Counted from the first letter of the stretch, positions 29,480 to 44,559 are shown. The stretch: 64,000 nt of DNA from Eledone cirrhosa (GCA_964016885.1 OZ024743.1:265236001-265300000); one strand, 5' to 3'. The notes: a model not told the origin generated them from the letters alone. Made by a program: numbers and translations.

Positions 29480-30342
29480 AATGCTAGACTGGAGATTCAT
29501 CGGTAGGATGAAAGGGAAAGATGCTTTCAGAGAGATGTGAACACAGAAAATAAAAAAAAGTTGTAAGTAAATACAGTTAGGTATTTGGTCTGAAGCTTTA
29601 CCAGTTCCACCAATCCACAGCCCTGTTCGTTGTGTTTACAATTATACATAAGTGTGTATCAGCAACCGTCACATTCATAATCAAATGAGATTGGCAGTCT
29701 ATATACTACAACCACTTTTAGAGCCGATGTGAGTGTTTGTGTAAGTGTGTGTGTGTGTGTATGTGTCTTTACTTGTGTGTATGTATATAACTGACGAATA
29801 ACTGCAGTTTATGTTTCATCTTCGAATGGAACATAATCGTAATTTTTGCCAGCATCCAATAAAATGACTATAAAATCATCACTATAAAATCAGTTCCTAT
29901 TTCCCACCCCGCTGTCAAACAACAATAATCTCATGTTCTGAAATATCCACCAGATAACTGGATTAGTGTTACCGGAAGAGCTAAAGCTACTACTAAAATA
30001 AAATTCTATTGATTAGCTTTGGAGGTTGTTGTTTGTACCTGGAAGGGTGACCTTTGTCAGAAATCAATATAAACGCCTAGTTGTTCTTCGTATCACTTCC
30101 ATACTTCCGTCATATATACAAGATATAACTGGCAGCTGTTGGTTTCTAATAATGATTTACATATAATATAACGTACAACGGGTTACACATTTTGTTAATG
30201 AAATATGTACTCATCTTAGTCCCAAGACTAGGAAATCTCTGATACATTATTTCATCGGATGTGCTACTGCTTCTGACTTCGATGCTAAAGGCGCATACTA
30301 TATTTATCGAGAGCTGTGTATATATGTATATACACATGTATG

Positions 30343-30477
<135 letters not shown>

Positions 30478-30669
30478 TTAGGCTTGTTGGTTCACCACCG
30501 GATAGAACTGGTCATTCTGTATATGTCAACCTCGATGTAATATTATGGAGAGCACTCAACGTAATGCAACTCACCCGTCTTCGTTTCTGTATTTGGTGGT
30601 GCAAGTACGGAGTTAATTATTATAAAATAACAGGAGGCTGGACTGGTGTAATTCCTTAAAAGGTTTATT

Positions 30670-30727
30670 ATACTATGATCATTTCAATGACCGGGTTCAG
30701 TATGAATCCAGTGACAGCATCAGGTAT
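30670..30727 (-). ncRNA. Type I hammerhead motif with a core A9C substitution, inside a PLE-like relic (~30478-31000)
   Basis: AUAC-CUGAUGC-UGUCACUGGAUUCA(UAC)UGAACCCGGUCAUU-GAA-AUGAUCAU-A-GUAU, then AAUAAA. Stem III is palindromic. Confidence 0.65.
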
Positions 30728-32094
30728 TCGAAATATAACAAAGGAATATATTAGACAAATTCCATGGGGCTGAACATCAGAGACATGAGGGCGACCGAAC
30801 ATTTAGCAGCTTCTATCCCGGTCGACCACCCTATTTTATAATGTATATATCCTGTAAATCGTAATCCTGGACGGCTTAGTATCAGCATGTATCTTACTTT
30901 TATGGAACCATGTAGTTGAAAGCAATCACGGAGAACTTCTCTCCCCTTATACGTGTGACTCGGCGCGTGACTCGGCGAAATATCTTGGTTCCAAGTTGAA
31001 ATCTAGAATACAAAAATGCTCCCCACTGAATTATATTTCATATATCGCTTTCTAAAATATGAAGTGATGAGAGTCAAAGCAAACAGAGGAACGCATTATG
31101 TCTAACACTCTAATGACTGATTATAAAATAATCATTCTATTTTATTTTTTTTATTTTTATTAGTTACCTATTTTATTGTTAGAGGTTTGAATGGAGAAAT
31201 TTCTAAAACAAAACATAATCAATAATTATATCATAAAATTTGTGAAATATTTCAGGTGTAAGCAGAGTTGACAAAACCATTTCGATAAAATGTTTTTTTT
31301 TTTTTATTATACAGAATACGAAACAGCACATGGAATATGTTTTGATTTCAAATCCCACGTGGTTTAACATTGCCTTTCTAATATCAGTTATAAGGAAATT
31401 ATCCAGAATGTGATCCGTTGAAAATACTGGTGCTTTACTCTCTTCAAAAACAGCTTAATATTTCCATCTGGGCTGGTACTCAACACATAATATACCTTTA
31501 TTTCGCTTCTTCCTATCATATTCAATAACATCACGAAATTGAAATGTATCGCTACGTATCAGAAATATTATTTAATGACTTTTTCTAACTTTGGCATGGA
31601 ATACGGAGTAGTCATTCGAAATAGGGCAATGGGGGTAGCGATTGGGGAATAAATCACCTGAAGTTTAATGCAACACAGGCTGCAGCGTGGCAAGTGTGAT
31701 GGGGACTATTGATAACTATCAGAAATTAGGATGAAACATTAGATTTATAGGTAGTTTCTACATATTCAATGTATAGAGGTATACAGCCGGAACATTAATT
31801 CAAACATGTTTGTTGAAATGAATCTCCTTTCTCTGTGCTGCAAGAGAAGATTGTGTCGTTTTCTCTACACCACCTCCCTTCGTTGAAAAAAATATATATC
31901 CACCACTCACACCGCACACACACACACACACACACTCATATATATATATATATATATAGGGTGCTGGTGTTAAACATGATACATTAAGTTCCTTCTGTTT
32001 CAAGAATCCATCACAAATCTCCAGTTTCAGGATAACTCCCTCCCTGGCAAATAATAAAATTATCTACAGTAATAAGTTAATGCTATTAATCAAT

Positions 32095-32240
32095 TTCTAG
32101 CATTGTTACGTCCCTTTACAGTCTGAGTTCAAATCCCGCCGAGGTGAACTTTGCCTTTCATTCTTACGGGTTCGATAAAATAAAGTACCAGTAATGTACT
32201 GGGTAATTGCTGGCCTTGTGCCTAAAGTAGAAACAATTAA
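32095..32240 (+). mobile_element. SINE family A, 5'-truncated (another 3' fragment at 33120-33210)
   Basis: B-box, core and tail match the copies at 1251-1630. Confidence 0.85.
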
Positions 32241-32715
32241 TCAATATTGAAAGCTTAAAGCCTGCTGTGCCCTTCGATGTATACATGAAATGTGCTTGAA
32301 TACCATTTGCTCACTTGTTTTTCATATACATTCGAAACAACACGTTCGCATAAATATACAAATATCAAGCATGTTAACCCTCCCCGTCGGTCGGGAACAT
32401 TTCCCAACCATTTTGGGATGGGCGAGAGATGTTGTCTCTTGTGAAAATGGGTATATCTTTCATTATATAAAATCTCCTCATTTTACCTCATTTCTCCCCG
32501 TTTTGGGGCACGTTTGGGTTTTTAGAGTTTGGCAGATCTGAAATATGGTCGCATGTAACATTTTCGAATATAACATTGCATGAAATCTAAATCAGTTCAA
32601 CTACCGAACTTAAACAAATACATAGAATAAAAGTATATGTTGAATATATGTTTTTGCTACACACAGAATATATGCTATATTCATATGGATCACTTTCTTT
32701 TCATTCTTTGTTTGG

Positions 32716-32803
<88 letters not shown>

Positions 32804-33623
32804 TCTCTCTCTGTGGGTGTTTGTTCTTGATTTTGAAATATTGGTGTAAATATATCATATTGCCTTATATGTATTTCTGATCCCGTTTCCTTTCAGGTAG
32901 CAATTATGTACCTATTCTATGCTTTCTTTACCAATATATATTGTGTTAACTGATGTACATTGTTTAATTCTCCTAGAATGATGTGTAGTTACTAACCTGT
33001 GGGAGATCTGTTTAAACAGTGAGATTTTTTCTAAAGCTATCAAAGGCTTCTTGAGTCCTTGATGTTCTGAACTGCATACTGTTATTATTAACAAAACTTG
33101 ACCATCTGTGTACTAGTCCCGCCTTTCACCCTTACCGGGTCGATAACATAAAGGACCAGTAATGCACTGGGATAATTGCTGGCCTTGTGCCAAAAGTAGA
33201 AACAATTATTAACACAACTTATGTCATAGCCAACAGGCAGAAACCGTCTTAGATATTTATGATGACGGATAAAATATTCCATGTGTCTCAGATTATTTTG
33301 TCACATCAAGGAATGGAAATTTACGCTGTAGTACCGTTTTCAGCTAGTAGCAATTTATTGTCAGATATTGTCTTGATTTTGATTGCTTGCTTTACATTTG
33401 GTATCTTGCCGACTAGATTAAACTTCTTTTCTCGTTATAAATATTGTAGACAAAACATCTGAGCTTTAGCTTCCTGTACTATATTCGTAATTACAGATAA
33501 TATCGATATAACTTTTCCAGTTTCGACATTGATGAAACCCACTTGTAGCTCTGTAGCATATATGTCATATGACGCATTTTTGTGGCAATATTTGAACTGT
33601 TGCTACTTCAGCAAGTGCAGACG

Positions 33624-33737
33624 TATAATGTAAGTATTGCATATAATGTAAGTATTGCATATAATGTAAGTATTGCATATAATGTAAGTATTGCATATAA
33701 TGTAAGTATTGCATATAATGTAAGTATTGCATATAAT
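33624..33737. repeat. Perfect 18-bp minisatellite (TATAATGTAAGTATTGCA) x6.3
   Basis: Six identical units plus TATAAT. Confidence 0.97.
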
Positions 33738-33769
33738 TGTGCTGGTGAAAATGATTGCTTTTCTATTCC

Positions 33770-34230
33770 TGCAACCATCTTCCTTCAACCATATTCTATA
33801 ACTTGAATTTGACTTTCCACTCTCCATTGGCTTTTCCAAAGGCGTAGGATTCTAATGACAATCTAAATGTTTCACTATGTGTTCTTCCTTCTCAAATTAA
33901 CCTTATTAGAAAGGTCTTATCCGTTGTCTAATTAAAATACAACAATTAGGCTTCTTTCTCAGCCTGCCCAGAAATATATTTCACTAAACGTGTATAAACT
34001 TATTGTCTCTAAATGGATGAGTTAAAAATCAATCAAATTATGTTATATTAAGGACTAATCTGTTAAAGAACAATTTCTTTTTTTAAATATTTTACATCAG
34101 CTGACATGATGTACGTAGCTGAAGGAATATCTTCATAATGTTACAATGTGAGCTTCTTAATCAGCCGTCCACAACCAGCATGGTCAATCCATAAGTATCT
34201 TTTATAAGGTAATTCTAACAGTTCATAGTT
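33770..34230 (-). pseudogene. Decayed Ginger/KRBA2-like DDE integrase remnant
   Basis: Minus-strand fragments IDHAGCGRLIKKL, LDNG*DLSNKV and IVIRILRLWKSQWRVESQIQVIE resemble the HGGRDRLIKEL, SDNGREFSNKV and IVHGKPRHSQSQGSVERANQDIE motifs, in the expected order. Confidence 0.5.
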
Positions 34231-34749
34231 AGCTTCATAAACTTGAACAATAGTACTTTCTACTTTTACTGGCTTCATAACTTGTGTTTCCATTATAAAG
34301 TCATAAAACCAAATGTATTTACTAACCAGGAGTGGCGAGCGATTTTCTTTGCAGTGGTCTATCAATATTCTATGCATTCAGAAGCAAACACGGATGCACA
34401 CACGCACACACGCACAGCCACACACACGCACACCAGCAAGCACACACGCACACATATATATATATATATAAAATACAAATTTAAATTTTGAAGGCCAACA
34501 CAATGCCTAAGAAATTTAAGTGAAATTTCACTTAAATCTGCTTCTATTCAAACAAGTCTATCCGATCGAATTTTTAGTAATCCCTTGATAATGGGTTTTT
34601 AAACTCGAAAGTATTTGGGATCGATAAATTTACTAAGGTAAGATTCTTTTGTTATCTTGGAAATTAAACATTCTTCTTATGCATTGTGTTTCAAAATAAA
34701 AATTTGTGTTTCCTATTAAACAATGCTTGAAGCAAGCTACAAATCTCTG

Positions 34750-34796
<47 letters not shown>

Positions 34797-34803
<7 letters not shown>

Positions 34804-36172
34804 ATACTTGGGGAGGGTCATATTTGTGTAATATTGCCAGAATTAATAACAGAACACACTCACTGTTTGGTTGGTTTTCGCTTTTCGCTTCTGTGTCTTT
34901 TATATCGGTAATCTAATTTATTCGGTCCTCAATGTTGCCATTGACTGACCAACGGTCAAAAATAATACAGATACAATATAGAAACAAACACACATATATA
35001 GTTTATCATAAATCTTTCGTTGCACATCTGGAACATCGTCAGTGGTGCTATTGTTTCCTCCCGTTACATTGTATTTTCTATGCCATCTTTATTTAGTCTG
35101 TTTATATATTTATTTATTTGTTTATTTTATTTTGTCTTCTTTGCGCATGCGTTTGCGTGTGTGCATAGTGTTTTGTTTGATGTGTGTTCGTGATTGGGTG
35201 ACTGTGTATTGGTTAATGTATTCTATCTTTACTAGTGTGTGTTTATGTGTATTTGTTGTTCTTGTGCTTTTTTATGTATTTATTTATTTATCTATTTATT
35301 TATTTATTTATTTATACTTCTCTTAGGTCAGTGTTGTTTGTTTGGGTGTTGTTGTTATTCCATTCATTCTTTCTGTTTAGCCTTGGCCTTCTAAGTTCTA
35401 TTTCACTGGCCTCTCTGATTTGCCTATCTGCTGGGTCATTTCTATGTTTAGATATTATTCTAATTTCTATGTTGTCTATGTTACCGTCGCGTTGTTGTCT
35501 GGCATGTTCGTATAGTACTGACCCATTTTTTCGTTCTTTTAGTTCCACCCAGTGTTGGTCTATCCTTTCACCTATACTACGAGCTGTCTCGCCTATGTAT
35601 GTTGTTGTCATGTTTCTGCAAGTACCCTCTGTACATCTTATGCTATAGACTAATTTCTAGTTTTACAGTTTATCCGGGGCTTTACCTTACATATGATACA
35701 TTTGCTATTAGTACAGTGGGTTTTCTTAAAAGGGTAAGTTTTTCTGATCAGGGATTTTATGGTGGTTCCTAGCTTTTCTACAACCTTAATCTTTAAGTGG
35801 GTCTTTCTTAGGGCCTTTCTACACTGGTTAGCTAATTTCCCTCCAGGGGTAGCGTCCACGAACATGACAGTCTGGTATCTCTGGTTTTCGTACCATGAGG
35901 TGGCTTTCCCTATCTTATGTCTAGCCCTATCTAAGCTATTCCATGATTTGCTCCTGTATAATGGGCAAATTCCTTTCATGTCCAGTTCTATGAGGGTCTT
36001 ATTCTTCTCCATGGCTCCTTCGAATACTCTGACTCTGTATCTTTGGTTGTGGCTACAATTCTGTTATTAATTCTGGCAATATTACACAAATATGACCCTC
36101 CCCAAGTATAACAATATTTGTTTCGACACACGATTTCAAAACAAAAACCTCGCAAAACTAATTCATCGCCGT

Positions 36173-36175
<3 letters not shown>
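34797..36175 (-). mobile_element. 5'-truncated Penelope-like retroelement: end of RT thumb, Cys-rich linker, GIY-YIG endonuclease, 3' pLTR, with an inverted pLTR segment at the truncation point
   Basis: ORFs 35650-36012 (VMFVDATPGGKLA...CTNSKCIIC...NC) and 35312-35611 join through a 1-nt frameshift at ~35651 to give N-VYSIRCTEGTCRNMTTTYIGETARSIGERIDQH...RQIREASEIELRRPRLN. Perfect ~58-bp inverted repeat 34797-34854 / 36059-36116; hammerhead-like core at 35005-35046; (AT)n on both sides. Confidence 0.92.
35312..36058 (-). pseudogene. Frameshifted PLE polyprotein C-terminus (GIY-YIG endonuclease)
   Basis: VY...C...C...YIGET...R...H...E...LN motif set; no RT catalytic core present. Confidence 0.9.
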
Positions 36176-36216
<41 letters not shown>

Positions 36217-36249
36217 TATGGGGAATAGAAATGTAGTTGCTATTTAAGG

Positions 36250-36530
36250 TAACTTAAAATGCAGTGGGAATACGAAGGAAGCAAGAACGGAGGTGGGGGT
36301 AGTTTTCCTCATCAGTTGTCTACTGGGGGTCTCGGATATTTCTACGCTTTCCTTCCCTCCTTCTTCGATTTTCTCATTAAATTACCCAGTTATTGAACGC
36401 CCTGTGCGGTAGATATCTTGTCTTTAAAGCGTAGAAATATCCGAGACCCCCAGTATACAACTGATGAGAAAAACTCCCCCCCCCCCGCCCCGTTCTTGCT
36501 TTCTTCGTATTCCCACTGTATTTTAAGTTA
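36250..36530. repeat. ~100-bp inverted repeat (36250-36350 / 36426-36530) between (AT)n tracts
   Basis: Direct complementarity of the arms. The GTCTTTAAAGCG...GAAATA...ACTGATGA segment resembles 10965-11015. Confidence 0.9.
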
Positions 36531-38260
36531 TATATATATTTATATATATATATATATATTTACAAATGGAAGTACAGCATAGTCGAAGCTCTGGCTGCAG
36601 CCAAGGTTACGAATGCATTCGGAACTTGCAGCTAAGCACTCAATAAGGTATTTTACCTTAGACTAATAAGATTACGTTTAGACAGCTTTGCAAATTGAAG
36701 ATTGCGACCGGTAAAGCAACCGCAGGGACCAAAGCAACGAGAAAACTGACTCAGGATAATTTATATACAGAGAAAGAGAGCGAATGTGTGTGTGTGTGTG
36801 AGAGAGAGATAGAGAGAGAGATGGGAGGAGTTGCACTTGAGTTGTAAGGAACAGAAGAATTATTACTACATATGTAATGCAGATAGTGTTTGTACATATG
36901 TATGTATATTCCCTCGATGACTTTGTTTTCTTGGAAATTCTTTTCTGCATCCAATGAAAGAAAATAAATAACTAAATATAATCGATGCATTAATGAAAGA
37001 ATAAATTCGATCAGGCAGCATCAATCAATCTTTTATAACAACATTCAATTACACTTCGATTAGTTGTTGGAATTTAACATGGGAAAAATATGGTTCATTT
37101 CGTCTTTTAAACCCACATTAGCTATATCCAAGCATATCTATGATGAAAGCTGTTCCAAGCGTGACTATTTCGACTGTTTTATCTATTTTTCGGTCGTAGT
37201 ATATCTAAGACCCTATTATCCAATATGTACTTGTTTCGCTTCAGTAAAATATGAACAAATATGGCTGTTCTTTAGACACAGGTAATCTCTTGTGGAGCAG
37301 AACTGTGATCAACAGCATCCAAGGCATGACCAAACTGTCACTTTACTCGAACATCTAGAAATGCGCTATACATTATGTTCTTCATCTTTTAAAGATGGTC
37401 CGAGTATAATTTGAGAGAGTATTTTACCATATCAGGCAAATGCATCGAAGCACTCATACTGGATCTTTGTTCGTTTTCTAAGATACCAGGGAGTGAGTAG
37501 AGGATATTTTTCCGTTATTTCTTGCAGATCAAGCTACTACATAGAAGCTCCTACATTGTATCGAGACGAACGAAGATATCCCAGAAATATCTATTTGGTC
37601 AATAAGATTATATTATCTATTATTTCTTTTCGTCTATCCTTCCACATTCCGTGGTTTTGTTGTTGCTACTACAGCTGCACATGTTACTGTTGTTGTTTTT
37701 GATGATGCTGTGGGTTTTCGTTGTGCTGGCAATTGGTGGGGACGGGGGGGGGGGGTAGTGGTATCGGTCATGATGGCGGTTGTACTTTCATAGCGATTAA
37801 TATCAACCCCCCCCCCATTAACACAATCACAATTACCACAACCAACAACATCACTATCCTCAACATTACTAGCTCCATCAGTTTCTTCAACAACTATAAC
37901 ACTTAAGCCAGAATTTCAAAAAAACTTATTAGCAACAAATTTATCTTTGATCTAAATTCTAGCTCAAAATTTCGTGGCCATTACATTTGAAGAGACTTGC
38001 CCCGACCACGCAACTGCAAGCTTACGAAAGAGCCTTTACAGGATCGCTAATAACTGCTTCCTAGAAATAAAATCTAAATCTCCATCAATTAACAACATAA
38101 TGCCTTTAAAAATATAACATTTTAGATAAATTCACATACAGAAACGTTGGGATGTTCATGGCTGGAATACCTTTAATATATATCTGTGTATGTGTCTGTG
38201 TGCATATACATATTTGTATATATAGGATTAAACGCACACGTATACACCAACACACTCAGA

Positions 38261-38830
<570 letters not shown>

Positions 38831-39974
38831 CAAACATTGTATAAGTACAAAGCTAGCAAAATGCCCCAATGTATCTATGTGAAATGCTACTAAGTTGTAT
38901 TAATAGCACCACAAAACATTCCTTTCGCTAGGTCAAGTAAAGCTTTTATTCAAAAAAGTTAGGCACCATGAAAAGAAGGGGTTATTAGAGAGAGAAACCT
39001 TGTATTGATGTGATTCAACATTTCCTACTGAGATCACATATTATAAATGACATTTTCTTCCAAATTGTAAAAGAAAGAGAAAGAAGCAATTATGAAAATA
39101 CGGTTTTGAGCTGACAAGTATTTATATCTGATCTTTGTGTGTCGGTAAAAATAATAATAGCTGGTAAAAATGTATCATGTCATGTCAATATCATTTGAAA
39201 CGGCTTCATTTTCGAGTAGAATATGTCCTACAACGAATCTTCTAAAAATCGAAAGTTAATTTTATTTCTTTCATATGAAAATGGCGATATCTATTTCTAT
39301 TTGTATTGAAGAGACTTTCATCGCCGTCATATAATTAGATGCAAAAGTAGACTGCCTCGATTAGACATCCAATCGTATTGTAGAAAGAAGAGTTGAGAAA
39401 ATAAGAGCTAGTCGAAATTAAGTACCGCTAACCTTTTGTTTTGTGACAGTAATTGAGACAACAAGCTGTGTTATGATCGATGTTTTTAGCTTTAGTCACC
39501 ATGATAATAGAGCCGCGAATTTTCCACTGCAACAATAGTGAGAAGTATGTGATCACATCGCATTTATACAGAAATACACACACTAAAATAAAAATAAAAA
39601 TGTTCAATGAGTGTAGTAAAGAATAAATGTCACGAATAAAGAATTTACAATTCCGCAATCTCTGATAGAGGTCGAAACTAATGGCATCCCTACTGGCTTT
39701 TTGACAGACATACAGCAAAACATAAATTTAAAAAATATTCGAAATAATATTTTATTTATTTAGTAATAATAATTTTTTTTTTTAAATAGATAGCAATATT
39801 ATGTTCATACCCTCGGCATATTAACTTCAAATGTTTAATTGTCGTTAATGTGCCGGGTAGAATTTCTTATGGTATGTGATCCGGTTCTATACGCTTTGAG
39901 TTCACATAACACCATGGTCACATTTCTGGATCGGTAAATAAAATTCGTCACCTATCTGCAGTTCAATATTTGAC

Positions 39975-40420
39975 CTGAGTTCAAATCCAGCCGAGGTTAA
40001 CTTTGCCTTTCGTCCTTACGGGGTTGATAAAATAAAGTACCAGTAATGTAATGGTTAATTGCTGGCCTTGTGCCAAAAGTATAAATAATTATTTTACCTC
40101 ATTTCAAATCCCGCCGTGGTTAACTTTGCCTTTCATCCTTACGGGGTCGAGATAAAATATAGTGTCATAATACACTGGAATAATTGCTAGCCTTGTTCCA
40201 ATAGTTGAAACAAATATTTGATCTTCACCGGATGGTGGATTGGCAGTATCGGTAGAGCGTCACCATGTTTTGCAACACAGAGTCATGACCCTTTACGTTC
40301 TTAGTTCAAATCCCGCCGAGAGTAACTTTGCCTTTCATCCTTACGTGGCCGATGAAATAAAGCACCAGTAATTCACTGGGCTAATTGCTAGCCTTGTGCC
40401 AAAAATAGAAACAATTATTG
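39975..40420 (+). mobile_element. Tandem cluster of SINE family A (two 5'-truncated copies and one full copy, 40233-40420)
   Basis: Three consecutive repeats of the core and tail; the third has the head GGTGGATTGGCAGTATCGGTAGAG. Confidence 0.85.
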
Positions 40421-40833
40421 TATTACATGAGATTATTATTATGATATCACTTAGCTGATATCATCATCATCTTCATCATCATCAATAAAATTATCTCCTT
40501 CGCCATCCTCAATTTCGTCATCAAGAATAGCAGCAATAGTAGCATTGCTTTTACATCATTATAGTGCTCAGATCAAATTCTTGTGATATATTCTATACAA
40601 GATCGAATACTACTTACATATGTGTATGTAACTTGAATTAAAACCAATACTTACGCTTCTTGAAACGCACGAACTTTTACATCAATTCACTCAATTCACT
40701 AAACAGTTACAAGCACTCAGAAAGGTTCGCACACACCCGTACACACAGACTAACTGATATAGACACTCACACGCAGGCGCGCAGCCATACATACCTATTA
40801 TACATATATATACAGAGACATATGTATATATAC

Positions 40834-40869
<36 letters not shown>

Positions 40870-41384
40870 TCAGTCCGCGCATCTTACACATTAGTAAAGA
40901 AAATACGAAGAAATAATTGCTGGTGTTAGAGTATAATGATTAGCGATCGTGTAATAATAGCCTGTTGTATTATGTAGGATGATATATTTTCGAAGGGATC
41001 AAGATAATGTGCTGCTTGGTAGGTTGAGAAAAATGGTGAAAGAGTAAATATATATATGCCATGCAGAATAATGTTGAAATAGCGTCAAATGACTTACGTC
41101 AACTATACTGAGATATATAATATAATATGCAAGAAAGAAAGAAAGAAGAAAAGAAAGAAAGGAAGGGAGAAAGAAAGATAAATATTGACTTATACTGAAG
41201 TGTGGAATCAGTTATAATATGTACATATTGCAATAGATGTGCAAATATCCTGTTGTCGCGTAAGTTGTATTTTTTACCACAGTCTACACTGCATTTTGTC
41301 GTTTCGTAGTGCATGACAATGTATCAACTAATACAAATCAGAACTATGTAATAAGGGAACATTCATGGCAGTAATATTAATTAT

Positions 41385-41560
41385 ATTGTTTCTCCTTTTG
41401 GTACAAGACCAGCAATAATCCAGTACATTACTGGTACTTTATTTTATCGACCCGGTAAGGATGAAAGGCAAAGTTAACCTCGGCGGGGATTGAACTCAGA
41501 TCGTAAAGGACGTAACTATGCTGGAGAGCATGTCCGAACCTCTACCGATACTGTCAATTT
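41385..41560 (-). mobile_element. SINE family A, near full length
   Basis: Reverse complement of tail, core, B-box and head. Confidence 0.85.
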
Positions 41561-42226
41561 ATACTGCATGGATATTTGAAATAGTTCCAATAATAAAGAT
41601 ATTATTTATTGTAACTATATTGTAAACTATGAGAGTGATGACTGGAAATGTAACCGTTGTTAATTATGTCTAAAATCTTCAACATAGTTAGTGATATTTC
41701 AAATATACTTGATGAGATATATGATAAATTGGAGGCTTTTCATAAAATGTGTTGTTGATATTGCCTTTTGTTTTGCTTCATATCAGTGCTGATCGAGAAG
41801 TCAGACACAAGATCAAAGTCATCCAAGCCATACTACCCAAACTGTGTTTAATGTAGGAGGTATCTAGGACTACATTATCCTCTACAATATGTGCCCTTTC
41901 CTTTTTCAACGGTGGGGTGTGATTTGGGGATATTTACTTGCTATATTTAGCAGATCAAGTAACCATGTAGATTTTCCATGCTTTTGTTTATAGAATATGA
42001 CATACACGATTCGCAAGATTAAGAATTCGTTTAGAAATCTTGAGGTCTCGGGTTTGGACTCATTTCATAGGAACCTGGACTAGTGACTTCAAGGAAAGCC
42101 CCTAGGTAGCTCACTCTTTATAAATATTACTGGAAAATCATACCTGTCGAATGCTCATCCACAAGTCCACAAGTAGAGATCGGGAAAGCCAAAGAGAGAA
42201 GGAATAAGAGAACGAAGTAGAAGAGA

Positions 42227-42317
<91 letters not shown>

Positions 42318-42838
42318 TGACAGACAGAATGACAGCTATCTGGAAATAGTCTTGTTGATTAACCCTAGATCAAATCAGATTGAGTACATATATGATCACA
42401 TTTTCTATTCGTGACAATGCCGTTTCCTTCTTTATAAAACGAATACAGTAGGCATGGTACCCCCCCCCCCCCCGCCGGGCACATTTCGCAGAAAACAGTA
42501 TAACGATACTCAACCAAATAAGAAACCCCCAACGAAACGGCCTTTACTCACTGCTTTTCCATGTATTCTGAGACTTTCAATTTCTTACTGAACAATCATC
42601 GAAAAAAACTTTCCACGAACAACCCTGTAAAACTGAGATCCTATCTCCTGAAAACATATGTACATGTATTCTATTATATGTGTGCGGGTGAGTATTTCTA
42701 CAAAGTATACGATTTAAGAGGAAATTGTGTTTACAAAAAGAAAGAATAGCTTAAATTCCAGTTTCAGAATAAATTGGATTCATTGCAGGTAAATGTTTCA
42801 AGTAACAGAAAATATAAGCGCAATTCTCTAACACACAC

Positions 42839-42927
<89 letters not shown>

Positions 42928-43290
42928 TATATATATATATATTTATATACGATTTTGTTGGGAATCACTCTAGATATCACTTAAAAATGATTCCACTGCA
43001 TAGTTTAACTATGAAAATAAACTGGGGGAGATTTTTGTCTTTCCTTCTTTCCTGACTTTCCGCCATTCTTTCTTTTTTTCCTGTTTGCATCTTTCATTAA
43101 TATTTTTATTTCTATTTTTCACTTTTAAATCAACATGATTGCTATTTCAACCCTCATGGTAGTGCTCTATCCAAGAAGCTCACTTGTCTGTCATTTTCTG
43201 TGATATATCTTTTGATATAAAGAAGTGAGAGTAAACTCAACTTATAAACATTTCATTCCACCAAACGTTCAAGCCTAAATATCTGAAAAA

Positions 43291-43327
<37 letters not shown>

Positions 43328-44109
43328 TGTGTGTGTGTGTTTGTTTGTTTGTATGTGATTATGTGTGTATGTATGAATGTATGTATTTTCAGACGAACAT
43401 ATAGGATGAAGGAAAGAAATGAAGCAAACAAGTAAAATAGCTTGAAAAGGAAGTAAACGGAAAACTACGACAACATCAAATAAGAGTTAGTAAGTGGAAA
43501 ATAAAATATTAAAGATTCTTCTTAAAAATAATTACAAAATTCAAAGAAATTCACAAGTTATGTTGTTGACAGTTCTGCAAACGAGTACCTTATGGAATAT
43601 CAAAAAACTGAAAGAGTTGGCGGGCAACGAAAATAAACTGCTATGTTGACAGGTCATATCAAAATAGTTTCCTCATAGTTTTGGTTAGTTTTATTTCAAC
43701 AAATATATCTAACTTTATTTATTTATTCATCCCCCCAAAAAACCGCACCACCGTTAGATAGTGTTAAAAATGATTTATTGTGTTAAAAATGATTTACATT
43801 TTTTTACGTGAGTCTCTTCTATTTCTAATTTCTTACTGTATTTTGTCGTATGACTCTAATAAATTCTGCCAACGCGAAAACAAGATTTAATGATGAATAG
43901 AAATTCTCACAAATCCCACATCATAATTTCATTGAAAATGCCAGTAGCGATTTGAAAATATGTATTTATGGCATATCATATTCGATGGTAACTGTCTATC
44001 GCTATTCGAAAATATATATAGTGATCTCACCTATAATATTATATATATATATATGTGTATACTTACAAACACACACACACACACACACACACATACACAC
44101 ACACACACA

Positions 44110-44188
<79 letters not shown>

Positions 44189-44226
44189 GCTATGGTCCAC
44201 CTGTTTTCTTACAACTCTTTCTTTGT

Positions 44227-44257
<31 letters not shown>

Positions 44258-44364
44258 ATAATAATAAATTTGAAGACTAAAATCCAAAGAAGGCTCGATA
44301 AGGATAAATATATATCCAATATATAAGAACCGTAGAGCAAATATATATATATATATATATATAT

Positions 44365-44559
44365 AAGACAATGAAAGTGTTGTAAGAAACCAGGTGGACA
44401 ATAATATACCAGATTACTCGATACTTAGGGCAGTAGAGTGGGTAATAGGAAAAGAGTCAGGACCCTGACGGCTGAGCTGCGGCCCTTTCGACTGCTAGAT
44501 CCGAACTGTGTTCGGATCTAGCTGTCGGAGATGAGCCGTCGAGCTTCTAACTCTTTTCC

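Noticed and set aside
33624-33737. CRISPR-like array
   Set aside because: No spacers; a simple tandem repeat in eukaryotic DNA.
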